Shown: positions 18,022 to 26,181, counted from the stretch's first letter. The stretch: 26,392 nucleotides of DNA from an uncultured Acetobacter sp. (GCA_964410935.1 CAYPIZ010000003.1:1-26392), one strand, 5' to 3'. Notes: generated by a model not told the origin, from the sequence alone. Program-made: numbers and translations.

Positions 18022-18057
18022 ATATCCCCTTGGACCTGCACCCGAGGGGATATTTTT
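18022..18057. terminator. Intrinsic terminator between convergent genes
   Basis: ATATCCCCTTGG / CCGAGGGGATAT 12-bp stem (one G-U pair), 8-nt loop, then TTTT on +. Confidence 0.8.
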
Positions 18058-18067
18058 ACATATTACA

Positions 18068-18481
18068 TTATGCTCCACGCACTGACATCTTACGCATCAT
18101 GACAACTTGATTTTGCGGCTTCTTTTCTGTTACTGTTTTTTCTGTCACAGGCTTTTCCGTTTTCTTTCCAGCCCCAGTTGTCAGGTATTTATTCATTTCT
18201 ATCTTAAAACGAGTACTACCTTTACCGCTTCTTTCAGCTGCCATGATTACAGCATCTTCTCGAGATGTTCTCATGCCTCTTGTAGCATTAAAACGAGCAG
18301 CGCTAGCTCTTAAATTCAATACTAAATCACTATCAGGAAGATATTTTGCACGGTCAGACATAGCCTCAGCGCCCATAACTTTATCCAATAGCGCTAAAAT
18401 CTCTTTAGTATCTTTGCAAGCATCCAAACGAGCTATAAAATCCTTCCCGTTGATGGGCTTTTTTTCGCTTTCTGTACTCAT
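18068..18481 (-). CDS. Orphan basic hypothetical protein (monocistronic)
   Basis: 137 aa with RBS AGGAG, its own promoter and a downstream terminator. Low-complexity K/T/E linker (KKTEKPVTEKTVTEKK), ends MMRKMSVRGA. Confidence 0.7.
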   Translation of the reverse strand: MSTESEKKPINGKDFIARLDACKDTKEILALLDKVMGAEAMSDRAKYLPDSDLVLNLRASAARFNATRGMRTSREDAVIMAAERSGKGSTRFKIEMNKYLTTGAGKKTEKPVTEKTVTEKKPQNQVVMMRKMSVRGA

Positions 18482-18517
18482 AACCGTTCTCCTATAATAA
18501 TTTTATCTTATGGCTAG

Positions 18518-18546
18518 AGTATAGCAGATTTTTGAGCACATAGCAA
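18518..18546 (-). promoter_or_regulatory. Putative sigma70 promoter for the 137-aa orphan
   Basis: TTGCTA (18546-18541)-N17-TATACT (18523-18518) with an extended -10 TG motif. Confidence 0.7.
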
Positions 18547-18571
18547 GTGTTTTGTTACGAGAAGTGTATTT

Positions 18572-19465
18572 TTAGTGATTTCGCTCTAAAAAGTAATCCG
18601 ATAAGAGCTTAAGATTTTGAGCGGATTGCCCAAAAGGAGATAATAAATCTTTGGCTTCATCAATCAGATTTTGTGCCTTTTCGCGGGCTTTTGTCACCCC
18701 ATACAGACTGACAAAATTCATTTTATGCTGAGCTTTGTCTTTATTTAGCGTCTTTCCCATCAATTTTTCATCACCCTCTACATCCAAAATATCGTCGGTG
18801 ATTTGAAAAGCAATACCAATATTCCGGGAAAACTTTATCAATATATTGCGTTCTTCAGAGGTTGCCTTTCCTAAAACAGCCCCTGCCTCACAAGGATACC
18901 TCAACAAACACCCTGTTTTAAGGGCTTCAGTATGGCTAATAATTAATTCAGGATCGGCAAAACTTTGATGAGAATCGGTGTACAAATCCAACACCTGCCC
19001 TGCGACCATACCTTCCAATGCACCGGCTGCGCGTGCCAGTAGAAGGGTTAATTCTACTTTCATATTATCGGGAATTAGCGCCGTATTTAATATTTCAAAA
19101 CCGTAAGTCAGTAACCCGTCACCGGCCAGAATTGCCGTTGCTTCATCAAAAGCTTTATGGCATGTGGGCTTTCCCCGACGGAGATCATCATTATCCATGG
19201 CAGGTAAATCATCATGGATCAGCGAATAAGTATGTATCATCTCCAAAGAAGCCGCTACCGGAAGAGCTTTTTCATATTCTACCCCAAACAGCCCTGCCGT
19301 TTCATGCAATAAAAACGGACGAAGCCTCTTTCCCCCGTTCATCAAGCTATAATGCATTGCTTGCAAAGCACGATGCTCCGGAGCTTCTGAATGGGGAAAA
19401 TATTTTTCTATCTGCCGATTAAATCGCTCGGCATACGTCTTTAAGATTGTTTCTATCTCAGACAT
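18572..19465 (-). CDS. ispA: Polyprenyl diphosphate (farnesyl diphosphate) synthase
   Basis: Start ATG 19465 preferred. GGKRLRP, HTYSLIHDDLPAMDNDDLRRGKPT (FARM), GQVLD, KTG, FQITDDILD (SARM). Follows xseB. Confidence 0.94.
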   Translation of the reverse strand: MSEIETILKTYAERFNRQIEKYFPHSEAPEHRALQAMHYSLMNGGKRLRPFLLHETAGLFGVEYEKALPVAASLEMIHTYSLIHDDLPAMDNDDLRRGKPTCHKAFDEATAILAGDGLLTYGFEILNTALIPDNMKVELTLLLARAAGALEGMVAGQVLDLYTDSHQSFADPELIISHTEALKTGCLLRYPCEAGAVLGKATSEERNILIKFSRNIGIAFQITDDILDVEGDEKLMGKTLNKDKAQHKMNFVSLYGVTKAREKAQNLIDEAKDLLSPFGQSAQNLKLLSDYFLERNH

Positions 19466-19484
19466 CGTCCGTCGTCCTGTTATA

Positions 19485-19739
19485 CTAGGCTTCCACATTA
19501 TCCAGCGGTGTTGTTGAAAGGCTACCGTCTTTGGCTATTTCTATTTTTTCCACCTTTAACTGAGCCGCAGAAAGTTTATCGGTACAGAATTTTTTGAGAG
19601 CTATCGCACGTTCATACGCACTGACAGCATCATCTAGTTTTATTCTGCCTGTTTCCAACTCTCTCACAATATTTTCCAACTGAGAAAGAGCTTCTTCAAA
19701 ACTTAACTCTTCAATTTTAGTTTCTTCAGTCATCATCAT
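19485..19739 (-). CDS. xseB: Exodeoxyribonuclease VII small subunit
   Basis: LSFEEALSQLENIVRELETGRIKLDDAVSAYERA..L..C..KL..A.LKV. Exact start among three tandem ATGs is uncertain. Confidence 0.93.
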   Translation of the reverse strand: MMMTEETKIEELSFEEALSQLENIVRELETGRIKLDDAVSAYERAIALKKFCTDKLSAAQLKVEKIEIAKDGSLSTTPLDNVEA

Positions 19740-19742
19740 CCC

Positions 19743-21164
19743 CTATAAACGAATTAATTCTATCTCTTTATTCGGTAAATCTTTGACACCAATACCGAGG
19801 GCTGCAAGCCTATCCCTGATTTCATCAGACTTTGTCCAATCTTTGGCTGCTCTGGCTGCTGCTCTGGCTTCCAGCAAAGCAGAAATTTCCGGCGTTACTT
19901 CAATTTTTTCCGCTTTTTTAGGGGCTACTTCTGCTAAAAACAGCTGGAGTACGCTATCTACATGCAAAATGAATGCTAATTTTAATGCGGCAGATTTTTG
20001 ATTATCTTTCACAACGCCCCACATATAAGATAAGGCCATAGGTGTTTTCAAATCATCAAAAAGATATGCATTGAATTCATCTTTTAATTTGGCTAAATCG
20101 TCAACTTCCGAAGACGTTAGTTCCTTATTTACAGCTTCGGCTTTAAATTCTGAAACATAATCAACCAAATTATCATAGGCTTTCTTGGCAGAGTCCATTG
20201 CTTCTTCGGAAAAGATTGCAGAACTTCTATAATGCGACGTTAAGCAAAAATATTTGTAATGAGCCGGCAAGTAGCCCTTTTCTACCAAGGTATCCAAAGT
20301 TAAGAAGCCACCTTTAGATTTGCTCATCTTCCCGGATTTGTTATTTAAAAACTCTGCATGCACCCAATAGTTAACCCATTCGTGTCCAAGACGTGCCTCA
20401 CTTTGAGCAATTTCGTTTTCATGGTGAACAGGAATATGGTCAATACCACCGCAGTGAATATCTATTCTTTCGCCTAAATATTTTGTTGCCATCGTAGAGC
20501 ATTCAATATGCCACCCAGGATACCCCCTACCCCACGGACTATCCCATTGCAATATTTGATTTTCAAACTTAGATGAGGTGAACCATAAAACAAAATCTGA
20601 AGGGTTGCGCTTATTCATATCCTGTTCCGTACGGGCACCATGTTTTAAATCATCCCTATTTTGCCCGGAGAGGCTGCCGTAACGGGGAAACTTGGCTGTA
20701 TCAAAATAAACATTACCATTGGAAATATAAGCAAATCCCTTTTCTTCCAAAACTTTGACAAAGTCTATCATATCTGCAATATGTTCCGTCGCACGGCAAA
20801 CAATTGTCGGCCGTTTAAGACCGAGGGCCTTGGTGTGACGGAAAAAAGCATCTTCATACATGCGTGCGATATCCAGAACGCTTTTCTTTTCACGCTCCGC
20901 AGCTACCTGCATTTTATCTTCCCCTTCATCACCATCACTGGTTAGATGGCCGACATCCGTAATATTCATAACGTGCTTTACCTTATAACCGGCCAGCCGC
21001 AATGTATTCGCAAGCAGATCTTCAAAAATATATGTACGCAAATTCCCGATGTGTGCATAGTTATATACCGTCGGCCCACAACAATACATCGTCACAGCCG
21101 GTGGATTTAGCGGTTTGAACTCATCTTTGTTACGGGTTTTGGTATTGTATAAATAAACACTCAT
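19743..21164 (-). CDS. cysS: Cysteine--tRNA ligase
   Basis: YCCGPTVYNYAHIGN (HIGH), NITDVGH, PGWHIECS, HCGGIDH..VHHENEIAQSE, KMSKS, SDEIRDRL. Confidence 0.98.
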   Translation of the reverse strand: MSVYLYNTKTRNKDEFKPLNPPAVTMYCCGPTVYNYAHIGNLRTYIFEDLLANTLRLAGYKVKHVMNITDVGHLTSDGDEGEDKMQVAAEREKKSVLDIARMYEDAFFRHTKALGLKRPTIVCRATEHIADMIDFVKVLEEKGFAYISNGNVYFDTAKFPRYGSLSGQNRDDLKHGARTEQDMNKRNPSDFVLWFTSSKFENQILQWDSPWGRGYPGWHIECSTMATKYLGERIDIHCGGIDHIPVHHENEIAQSEARLGHEWVNYWVHAEFLNNKSGKMSKSKGGFLTLDTLVEKGYLPAHYKYFCLTSHYRSSAIFSEEAMDSAKKAYDNLVDYVSEFKAEAVNKELTSSEVDDLAKLKDEFNAYLFDDLKTPMALSYMWGVVKDNQKSAALKLAFILHVDSVLQLFLAEVAPKKAEKIEVTPEISALLEARAAARAAKDWTKSDEIRDRLAALGIGVKDLPNKEIELIRL

Positions 21165-21185
21165 GGTTTTATCCTTTACTTGGTT

Positions 21186-21216
21186 AAAAAAACAGGCAGT
21201 CTATTGCTGACTGCCT
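21186..21216 (-). terminator. Attenuator terminator (3:4 hairpin) in the cysS leader
   Basis: On the - strand AGGCAGUC (21216-21209), loop AGCAAUA, GACUGCCU (21201-21194), G, UUUUUUU (21192-21186). It ends 22 nt before the cysS ATG. Confidence 0.9.
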
Positions 21217-21251
21217 CGTGATTTTTGATATAAAAAAGCATCTCCGGCAGT
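21210..21251 (-). promoter_or_regulatory. Predicted antiterminator (2:3 pairing) of the cysS attenuator
   Basis: ACUGCC (21251-21246), starting 6 nt after the leader stop, is complementary to GGCAGU (21215-21210) in the terminator 5' arm, so the two structures are mutually exclusive. Confidence 0.72.
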
Positions 21252-21256
21252 AGAAC

Positions 21257-21304
21257 TCAGAAGTTTTGACAGCAACAGCAGATGTTTTTCATATTTAGAT
21301 TCAT
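21257..21304 (-). CDS. Cys-rich attenuator leader peptide MNLNMKNICCCCQNF (proposed cysS leader)
   Basis: RBS GAGGA (21315-21311), 6-nt spacer, then ATG AAT CTA AAT ATG AAA AAC ATC TGC TGT TGC TGT CAA AAC TTC TGA. In-frame alternative ATGs at 21310 and 21292. Confidence 0.88.
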   Translation of the reverse strand: MNLNMKNICCCCQNF

Positions 21305-21327
21305 TTTCATTCCTCTTTCTTTGGTGG

Positions 21328-21356
21328 ATTTTGGCGTGATTTTTAATTCTTGTCAA
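21328..21356 (-). promoter_or_regulatory. Putative sigma70 promoter driving the cysS leader
   Basis: TTGACA (21356-21351)-N17-CAAAAT (21333-21328). Predicted start near 21321, just ahead of the leader RBS. Confidence 0.65.
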
Positions 21357-21382
21357 GAAAATATCTTTTATTTCCGCATTTT

Positions 21383-22201
21383 TTACTGCAAAAAGACGCG
21401 TCGCAGTTCTTTAAGTCCGTCTTCATCCGTCAAGTTGACTGTCAATGCGCTGATTGTGATATAATCCTTAATCTTAACATTATCTGCCGGAAAATCTTTC
21501 TTTTGCCGTTTACTTTCATCTTGAAGGAGGGCTTTCTTACTTAAATGACGATTTTCCACCGTTCCTTTAACAAAACGGCGGCTACCTAAACGACAAACTT
21601 CAATTCCTTTAAGTTTGGTTTCATCAATATTCGGAAAATTGATATTAACCAACGTATCAGCCGTACAACTGGTGTGACAGACCTTCACAATGATATTTGT
21701 TAAGTATTTTTTGACAATTTGCCAATGGCAGACCGTACCTCGTTCCACCAGTTGCGACACGGCAATTGAGGGAATTCCGTACATAATCCCTTCCATAGCT
21801 GCACCAATCGTTCCGGAATAAGTTACATCATCGGCAATATTACGCCCGTTATTAATACCTGAAATAATTAAATCCGGATAATGATCTTTTAAAATCATAT
21901 TGAGGGCAATACGAATACAATCTGAGGGCGTCCCATCCACCGCATAATGTCTCGCCGATATTTCGGTGATATCTTCGGGAAAATCCTCTATATTGTGATG
22001 TCCTAACATCTTTTTCAGTTTTTGTGGCGTTAGGGCATGTCCGGTACCGCTTTTTTCTTCTTTAGGGGCAACTACCCACACATCAGGACAGATACCCTTA
22101 ATCAATGTTTCTAAGAGCACAATCCCTTCAGAGGCAATGCCGTCATCATTAGAAAGCAAGATACGGCACTGTCCAAGATCATCTATCGGTTTAAAACGCA
22201 T
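21383..22201 (-). CDS. surE: 5'/3'-nucleotidase SurE
   Basis: ILLSNDDG, APKEEKSGTGHALT, VDGTPSDC, DLIISGIN.G.N, TYSGTIGAAMEG. Confidence 0.92.
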   Translation of the reverse strand: MRFKPIDDLGQCRILLSNDDGIASEGIVLLETLIKGICPDVWVVAPKEEKSGTGHALTPQKLKKMLGHHNIEDFPEDITEISARHYAVDGTPSDCIRIALNMILKDHYPDLIISGINNGRNIADDVTYSGTIGAAMEGIMYGIPSIAVSQLVERGTVCHWQIVKKYLTNIIVKVCHTSCTADTLVNINFPNIDETKLKGIEVCRLGSRRFVKGTVENRHLSKKALLQDESKRQKKDFPADNVKIKDYITISALTVNLTDEDGLKELRRVFLQ

Positions 22202-22231
22202 GGTTGTTTTACCGTATTTTCAGACTATAAA

Positions 22232-22837
22232 TTATCCACCTATCTGATGGACGAGAACAGTCACATTTGTAATGAAGAGTTTTACTGACATTGCCAACAA
22301 AATCATACCAAATAACTTTTTCAGTACATAAATTGTTGCCGGACTTAGCACTTTTTGCAACACGCGTGAAAGTTTGATTGTCAGATAAACTGCAATACTA
22401 TCCAGTAATACTGCCGCTAAAATGTTGATACTTGCATACTGAGAGCGTAAAGATAACAGAGCTGTCAACACACCTGCACCAATGAACAGCGGAAAAACTA
22501 CCGGAACAAAAGTCGCATCGCCGGAAATATCCGTTCCTTCACAGAAAAGACTGACATCCAAAATCATTTCTATACTAAATAAAAACAAGATCAGCGAACC
22601 AGCCACCGCAAAGGAGGAAATATCTACTCCAAACAGGTTTAAGAAAGCTTCTCCGGCGTAGAAGAAAAAGATTAGCAGAAGCAAGGCATACAGGAATGCA
22701 CGACAAGCAGAAATATGTATTCCTTTGTTTTGCAAATTAATTACTATCGGCAAATTTCCGGGAATATCCGTAATAGCAAACAGTACAACAAAAGCACCCA
22801 TTAATTCACGTAAACTAAATTGTGACAGAAAATCCAT
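22232..22837 (-). CDS. marC: MarC family integral membrane protein
   Basis: LFAITDIPGNLP, GEAFLNLFGVDISSFAVAGSLILF, FVPVVFPLFIGAG, about 6 TM helices. Confidence 0.88.
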   Translation of the reverse strand: MDFLSQFSLRELMGAFVVLFAITDIPGNLPIVINLQNKGIHISACRAFLYALLLLIFFFYAGEAFLNLFGVDISSFAVAGSLILFLFSIEMILDVSLFCEGTDISGDATFVPVVFPLFIGAGVLTALLSLRSQYASINILAAVLLDSIAVYLTIKLSRVLQKVLSPATIYVLKKLFGMILLAMSVKLFITNVTVLVHQIGG

Positions 22838-22851
22838 TTTATCCTCGCTTA

Positions 22852-23886
22852 TTAAATTTCATCCCAGCCTTCAACAGCTGTACTTTGATTGTAAGAAGAA
22901 ACATTTGCTTCAAAAAAGTTTCCTTTTACATTGCCTTCGCCATTGGTATCGGCTACCTTTTCCAACTGCTTGTACGGATTGGTATCAAAACCTTGATAAC
23001 GTGGTGGTAATCCAATGTCTTTGAGACGTTTATTGGCAATAAATTTCGTATATTCTTCAATAGTTTTTTCCGTAATACCGATAATATTTTTGCCGATAAT
23101 ATGGTTACTCCATGCGATTTCCTGTTCTACAGCCTTATCAAACATAGCATATAGTTCGTCTATGTTAAAGAAAGTATCATTTTCCTTCATGATTTCTTTA
23201 ATAATATTGGCAAAAATAACGCAGTGCGAAAGTTCATCACGGTTGATATACTTAATTTCATCAGCTGTTCCAATCATTAAACTGCGAGCAGCTAAGTTAT
23301 AGAAGAAATTAAAGCCGTTATAAAAATATACCCCTTCCAACAGATAATTAGCAATCAAAACACGGGCAAAATTAATGTCGCTTTTATTATCAATAAAGTC
23401 CTGATAAATTTCCGCAATATATTTGTTACGCTCTAATAATATTTTATCCTCACGCCACTTGTCATAAATTTCAGCCCGTTTAGCGGCAGGAATAATACTC
23501 TCTATAATATAAGCATAACTTTGCGAATGAACAGCCTCTTGATAAGTTTGAATAGCTAGAATTAAGTTTACCTCCGGTGCGGTAATGTATTCACTGATAT
23601 TGGGCAAATTATTGGTTTGGATACTATCCAAAAATACTAAAAAGGACAATATCCCGTCATAAGCTGTCTTTTCAGACCCGGTCAATTCTTCATAAGAGCG
23701 TTTATCATCAAACAAAGATACCTTTTCAGGAATCCAGAAGTTTTCCATCATTAAACGATAAACTTTATTTGCCCATTGGTATTTTACATTATTTAAGTTA
23801 AACAGATTGGTTACATTCCCCCCAATCATCCGACGATTAATAATTTCATCATTCCCGTTAATATTAAAAAGTTTCTTTCTGATCAT
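22852..23886 (-). CDS. nrdB: Class I ribonucleotide reductase beta subunit
   Basis: NFWIPEKV, FLDSIQ (D ligand), EAVHSQSY (E, H and radical Tyr), LEGVYFYNGF, INRDELSH. Confidence 0.95.
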   Translation of the reverse strand: MIRKKLFNINGNDEIINRRMIGGNVTNLFNLNNVKYQWANKVYRLMMENFWIPEKVSLFDDKRSYEELTGSEKTAYDGILSFLVFLDSIQTNNLPNISEYITAPEVNLILAIQTYQEAVHSQSYAYIIESIIPAAKRAEIYDKWREDKILLERNKYIAEIYQDFIDNKSDINFARVLIANYLLEGVYFYNGFNFFYNLAARSLMIGTADEIKYINRDELSHCVIFANIIKEIMKENDTFFNIDELYAMFDKAVEQEIAWSNHIIGKNIIGITEKTIEEYTKFIANKRLKDIGLPPRYQGFDTNPYKQLEKVADTNGEGNVKGNFFEANVSSYNQSTAVEGWDEI

Positions 23887-23898
23887 CTTTCATACTCC

Positions 23899-26181
23899 TT
23901 AACCTGCACAGCTAACACACTCAGATTTTTCCAAGCTGGAACCATCTTTTTGTATTGTTCTGGTATAATACAAAGTTTTAATATCTTTTTTCCATGCACT
24001 TAAAATGGTGTTATACATATCTACGGCACGGATATTGCGATTTAAATTATACATCAATTCTATGGAAATACCGGTATCAATCCATTTATTGATGTGCGAC
24101 ATGATGTCTATCACCACTTCTTGATTGATATTGCGGTTTTCCTGATAAAACCAAAATTTTTCACGAATATACGGCGGACAATTAGGAATAGAGCCTTTAC
24201 CGTGAGTTTCAACAAAAAACTTGCTGTATATCGGCAAAACAGAAGCCGAACACCCCTGAATAAGCGAAGAACTGGTATTGGGCGCAATAGCCGTTATCTG
24301 ACTATTGCGAATCCCATATTTTTGCAAGTCTGCAAAAACAATATTCCATTGTTCCTTGTGTTGGGCATTTTTATTAAACCAGATCTGATCATGTCCAAGG
24401 ACAATTCCTTTGCTCCAATCAGAGCCCTCATAAGCAGCAAAACAGCCTTTCTTTTTCGCCAAATTGATAGATGTTTTAATGCAATACAGAGCAATTTTTT
24501 CAAACAATTCGTCCACATAATCCGCTGATAAAATATAGGGGACATTATTTTTAGCTAACATATCGGCTAACCCCATGGCCCCGACACCGATAGTACGGTA
24601 TCTTTGATTGTGCAGTCTTCCTTCCAGTACGGGAACACTGGTAAAATCAATAGCGTTATCTAAAAGGCGGACAGAAGTCTCACATACACTCTTTAATTCT
24701 TCATCACTATCTATGTTTGCCAAATTGATTGATACCAGATTACAAACATGGACCAGACCATCTTCCACCGTTCTGGTAATTTTACCGTCTTTTAGCGTTT
24801 CCGCTTCTATATGGCTAGGGCGAACATTACTATGGGATTCCGTACAAAGGTTTGTCCCCACAATAACGCCATCGTGTTTATTTGGATTATAACGGTTCAA
24901 AGTATCCTTAAATGCAATATAAGGCATACCCGTTTCCACCTGTGATCGCATAACTTTTTTCAAAAGCTCTTTGGCCGGATAAAATTTATATAATTCCAGT
25001 TTTCCGAAAGAGGCCTCTAAATACAGTTGATTATACGCTTTTTCAAAATCTTTTCCCCACAGATTTGCCAATTCTATACCATATTTCGTGCGGACTTCGT
25101 GAGGATCTACCATGAGCCAATCTTCATTATTTTCCACTTTTTTCATAAACAAATCCGGTACGACCACTTGCGGAAATAAATCATACGCTTTCATACGTTG
25201 ATCCCCGTTTTCTGTCCGCAAATCAAGAAAATCCTCAATATCCAAATGCCACATATCCAAAGATACCGTGACAGCTCCTTTACGTTTTCCCTGTTGATTA
25301 ACTGCAACAGCCGTATCATTCAAGATACGAATCCACGGAATAACGCCACCTGAGGAATTTTTTATTCCTTTAATCCGAGCTCCTTTAGCCCGAACACGGG
25401 ATATATTCACCCCGACACCACCGCCAAATTTTGAAATAGCGGAAACCTGATCAATCACATAAAAAATAGACTCACGACTATCATCCATGGCCGTAATAAA
25501 ACAAGAACTTAAATTACCGTTTGGACGACGGAGATTCATAAGCAACGGTGTTCCCAATGAAATCTTGCGGTTAGCCAACTTTTCATAAGTATCTTTAACT
25601 TTTGCCATGCGCTCGGCTTTATCTTCATTCTGCTCAATCAACAATGCAATGGATAAAAACATATCTTGAGGGAGTTCAACAATTTTATCTTCATATTCAC
25701 ACAGATAGCGTTTGATTAGCAAGTTAGCTCCGGCATAATCATACACAAAATCAAATTCCGGATTGATAAAAGAGGCCGCCTCGGCAATTTCTTCTTTAGA
25801 ATATTTCTCTGTTATTACCGGCGTATAAATCCCGTTTTGGATTGCATATTGCACAAAATGTACATAATCATACGGTGCTTTATTTTTCGGCATATTCCGG
25901 CGAAGAGAGGCTTCTTTATAGAGGGCGAGCATTTTCATCCGACCGGCAACATTTTTCCACTCCGGCTCTTCAACAGAAGTAAGGCTCAGTACATTCATCA
26001 TCAGAGCCGTAAACAAATCCGTTGTACTCATATTATCTTTTAAGTAATCTTCCAAATTAGCCAACGGTTTATCGGCAGAAAGCGGAAAACCTTTACAAAC
26101 ATCATTTAACAGCTTTTGTAATTTGAAAACGGAGAACTCTTGCGTTGTACCGTTTCTTTTAACCAAATTAGTTGTCATCAT
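23899..26181 (-). CDS. nrdA: Class Ia ribonucleotide reductase alpha subunit with N-terminal ATP cone
   Basis: VKRNG (ATP cone), NLSSCF, KFGGGVG, TNLCTE (N-C-E), VCNL, IAPNTSSS, TLYY, C-terminal CVSC. Confidence 0.96.
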   Translation of the reverse strand: MMTTNLVKRNGTTQEFSVFKLQKLLNDVCKGFPLSADKPLANLEDYLKDNMSTTDLFTALMMNVLSLTSVEEPEWKNVAGRMKMLALYKEASLRRNMPKNKAPYDYVHFVQYAIQNGIYTPVITEKYSKEEIAEAASFINPEFDFVYDYAGANLLIKRYLCEYEDKIVELPQDMFLSIALLIEQNEDKAERMAKVKDTYEKLANRKISLGTPLLMNLRRPNGNLSSCFITAMDDSRESIFYVIDQVSAISKFGGGVGVNISRVRAKGARIKGIKNSSGGVIPWIRILNDTAVAVNQQGKRKGAVTVSLDMWHLDIEDFLDLRTENGDQRMKAYDLFPQVVVPDLFMKKVENNEDWLMVDPHEVRTKYGIELANLWGKDFEKAYNQLYLEASFGKLELYKFYPAKELLKKVMRSQVETGMPYIAFKDTLNRYNPNKHDGVIVGTNLCTESHSNVRPSHIEAETLKDGKITRTVEDGLVHVCNLVSINLANIDSDEELKSVCETSVRLLDNAIDFTSVPVLEGRLHNQRYRTIGVGAMGLADMLAKNNVPYILSADYVDELFEKIALYCIKTSINLAKKKGCFAAYEGSDWSKGIVLGHDQIWFNKNAQHKEQWNIVFADLQKYGIRNSQITAIAPNTSSSLIQGCSASVLPIYSKFFVETHGKGSIPNCPPYIREKFWFYQENRNINQEVVIDIMSHINKWIDTGISIELMYNLNRNIRAVDMYNTILSAWKKDIKTLYYTRTIQKDGSSLEKSECVSCAG

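Noticed and set aside
21165-21382. T-box riboswitch upstream of cysS
   Set aside because: No T-box consensus (UGGNACC bulge), AG/GA or specifier-loop motifs, and the leader is too short. A leader-peptide attenuator explains the sequence better.
22231-22240. DnaA-box-like TTATCCACC
   Set aside because: It coincides with the last codons of marC (GGT GGA TAA) and is explained by coding.
1095-26043. Numerous short antisense or alternate-frame ORFs in the track (e.g. 1579..1854, 8210..8599, 19018..19422, 24094..24528)
   Set aside because: They overlap well-supported genes, lack RBSs and motifs, and are typical shadow ORFs.
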